Below, one piece after another: positions 1 through 64,000 of a stretch of 64,000 bases of DNA (positions are counted from its first letter, which is position 1; every line of letters begins with the position of its first letter). The translations under genes were made by a program, and so were the position numbers. The stretch covers positions 32,612,001-32,676,000 of the forward strand of contig NC_087251.1 in assembly GCF_037042905.1 (NCBI RefSeq). The letters are read 5' to 3'. Source of the stretch: Lytechinus pictus. Lineage: Eukaryota. The notes under the pieces are model-generated. The model was not told the origin of the DNA and did no database searches. It saw nothing but the letters and a program-made list of their open reading frames with translations.

Positions 1-2110
1 GGCATTTGATTGGCTGAGCACAAATAACAAATTAAATTTAATGATTTATATGTTTTATAAAAACAACCAGAGAATGGAAATAGAAAATAAATATGGTTAA
101 TTTCACTCATCAGTTCCAAGTCAAGGATAGCAAAAAGAAAGAGATAAAAAAAATGTGTTTTATCTCAAGTTCATTGTCATTCCTCTGAGTCAGTTGAAGG
201 GTAGATTTTGTATGAATTTTACCTTGTGAGGAAGAAAGGGACTAAAAGATATCCTATCAACAGTTATTTTTGGAAAATAAGAAAGCATCAGTTCTTGTAA
301 ACAAACATGGCAAATGACTCATTCTGAAATTATGCCTGACATGGCGACAACAATGAATGGATGGATTGCTCAAATTTGTTGGGCCTAATGCAGTTAAGGA
401 AATACAAGAGTGAAAGAATTACATTTGATTTTTTTTATCTGATTTTTTTTAATACACAGATGACAGTCACCCTTAGTGATACAAACCATGTTACTATATT
501 TTAGAATTAACATCATTTATCAACTTTTAAGGATGAAAAAAAAGTGAACAAATAAATGTTGCTTGTGTTTCATTGGAATATCATTTGTAAACATGAAATA
601 TACAAAATCATGCCATGAAATATAGTTTAATTACTAGGCTTCTTTCTCTATTGATTATATTGACAGTCGGTATATCTACATGCATTTTTTTTCCAAATAA
701 ATATCAAGAATAAATATCATACATAATAAAAAAAATCTAGATAATTTCTGGATTGATTCAAAATGGTGGTGTGTGAAGATATAATCCAGGGAATTGTCAA
801 ATCTACGGTAGATCCCATATCCCAATGTGAGGACATGAGATTTTGACAGAACATTGCTACATGTACTGTATACCTTATAAGTGACAGGAATATCCTTCCT
901 GTAGTACAATGTCCTAGATAGGCCTGACCACGCACTTCCCTCCAACAAGCATATCAACATTTGATACCTGTTTACTAACTTGATAATCCATCTTGATTTC
1001 CTGACCAAGTTAAAACATCTCCTGCCTCAATTACAACAGGAACAAAACTGAGATAATTATATCTTTTTGAAGAGATTTATCCAACTAGGAAGATTTTATA
1101 TAAGTGGAAATGAAATGACAGGCTTTTCCGACATTCTAGTTCAATATTTGATGTAAGCTGACAAGGATATGTTGCATAGGTGAGCACATAAACTATATCT
1201 AATTAACACCCTAGTTTATTATTATGAAATCCATAAAGATTAATATCTGAACCTAAATGGTGATGAAAGATTTGCCATTTTGTTATAGTTCAAAATCNNN
1301 NNNNNNNNNNNNNNNNNNNNNNNNNNNNNNNNNNNNNNNNNNNNNNNNNNNNNNNNNNNNNNNNNNNNNNNNNNNNNNNNNNNNNNNNNNNNNNNNNNNN
1401 NNNNNNNNNNNNNNNNNNNNNNNNNNNNNNNTTTTTTACTACTGATAATCATGTTTCTATTATTGTCTCTGATCTTCTATTTTTAAATCTATGTTATTAA
1501 AAAATTTCCTGCACTTTCTTCTCTTGTAAATAATTAGCATCTCCTTACAAATGACTTTAATGTAATTAATGTAGGTCTCTTTTATTCTAGTTCGAAGGTG
1601 ATGCTTTCATTTGATAAGTAAGTAACCAGTAGGTGATAGACAATATTCTAGACCACTGGCAAGATTTTGGATGCACTGTGTTGAATAGTGCAGTGGTATG
1701 TTAATAGGAATGGCCCCATCCCTCCTTACCTCTTACTCCATCCCATACTATATACTTTCCAAGTAAATCATTACATAAAAGTCAAATCAATCAATCTACA
1801 ACACACGCAGGGCAGAAATGGCTCCATTTCTTTTGGCAAGGAGTAAATCATATCTATAAATTATATGAACCGAGGTGTAAATCTAATTAGCACCCAAGCT
1901 TTGAAGACTTTAGAAATGGAATGGCGCTTTCACTTCCGAGCTCTTTACCACATGCCTGAGATGAACCTTGGCCAATTTGGAGTGATACTTATCAAACTAC
2001 ATCATTTCATATATGTGGGACAAGGCAGCATCAAATCAAGGATGGGACGGTAACTATCTGATCAGTGACCATAATTATATTCAGAACATAATCTTGGCCG
2101 TGAATCTCTG

Positions 2111-2464
2111 ACACCGTTCTCACTACCTTCCTAAAACTAGTTTAATGAGAATGGTCGAAGCGATCTTCCAAACCGGTTCAGAAAACCACCCTGCAATGTA
2201 GTTTTCAAGATCACTTTGCCTCGTTAAACTGGTTTTAGCGTAAGTGAGGACACAACCGTTCTTCGGGAAGCGATCTTCGCACTACTCCACACGACAGGTG
2301 TAGAATGCCTACGCTGCCGTTTCGAATTTCGCGCGAAACGTGTCACCCCACTGAGCGCATTCCCATAGCGACAAGATCGCTTTACATGAAGCGATCTTCC
2401 AAACTGGTTTCCTGAACTGGTTTCCAGTAAACTGGTTTTAGAAAGCGCAATGAGAACAATGTGT
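2111..2464. mobile_element. MITE
   Basis: Imperfect terminal inverted repeats; internal repeats of GAAGCGATCTTC. Confidence 0.6.
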
Positions 2465-2892
2465 ATGGTAAACTTGCTGTCAGCCAATGAAATTTGTACA
2501 AGATCAATGGCTTTCAAGAGATAATTGTAAGTTGTTATCAATATCGGTAATAAGTTTCACAAAACAGAGCTGAGATCCTGATTTCCTGCCATGATGATTT
2601 GAATGATGAAGGACATATAATATCCATCTGTTGAGTATGGTTTCAGAATTTAAGTTTGAAAAAAGTTCCTGTGAAGAACAGATTTGCATCTAAGCCCCAA
2701 AGGAGAGATATCGTACATGAACTTGTGATACCTTGAACTAAATTATTACTTGCACTAAGTTGCAGCAAAGATGTATTTACAAATGCTTTCATTAAGACAA
2801 AAGAGGACACAGTTCCATAAAAATATTTTTAGAGCATCATTTATATGCCATTTATGATAGTTTTCAATTGAACAATGATCAATTTCAATTTA

Positions 2893-63711
<60,819 letters not shown>

Positions 63712-64000
63712 CTGCCACAATCAACAAAGACAAAGATGAGAATCGGTCATGAATCAGTAGAAGTAGTAGAACAATAGTCTATAAACTGAGTGGAATGCTA
63801 TCAATGTCATTATGGAGTTTGTTTATATATATATATATATTTTAAAAAAGTGGGTTACAAAGCAGATATCAGAGTCTACATTCTAACAAAATTTGCTTGT
63901 AGATAGGTGGACCTTTCAAACAAATTTTTGTGTCGGAAGGATGTGTGCTTTTCTTAATCACTTTTTTCTTAATAATGATGGGATCACCCCCAAAAAAGAC

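Overview
AT-rich animal genomic DNA with three N gaps. The repeat landscape suggests a marine deuterostome, probably a sea urchin (inference). The whole window lies inside one minus-strand pecanex (PCNX) gene. I traced 25 internal coding exons (63711 down to 2974; 3554 nt, reading frame consistent across all GT-AG junctions); both gene ends are outside the window. One intron (41264-42122) has U12 minor-spliceosome signals. The introns hold a decayed CR1/L2-type LINE, tRNA-derived SINEs, Helentron-like tandem-repeat elements, many MITEs and a 2-kb TTAA-flanked foldback element carrying two 34-39 bp palindromic mini-elements with 8-bp target duplications. The main unexplained feature is the 26-kb intron (3053-29023) and its neighbours. 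Between AT-rich spacers and transposons lie many GC-richer, apparently single-copy blocks with nested, crossing and competing helices, including long-range pairings across up to 7.6 kb. Nearly all non-Watson-Crick positions I found are G-U on the + strand, antisense to pecanex. This suggests either a very large structured antisense RNA or an A:C-mismatch (ADAR-substrate) network in the pre-mRNA. All pairings were found by eye and are untested.
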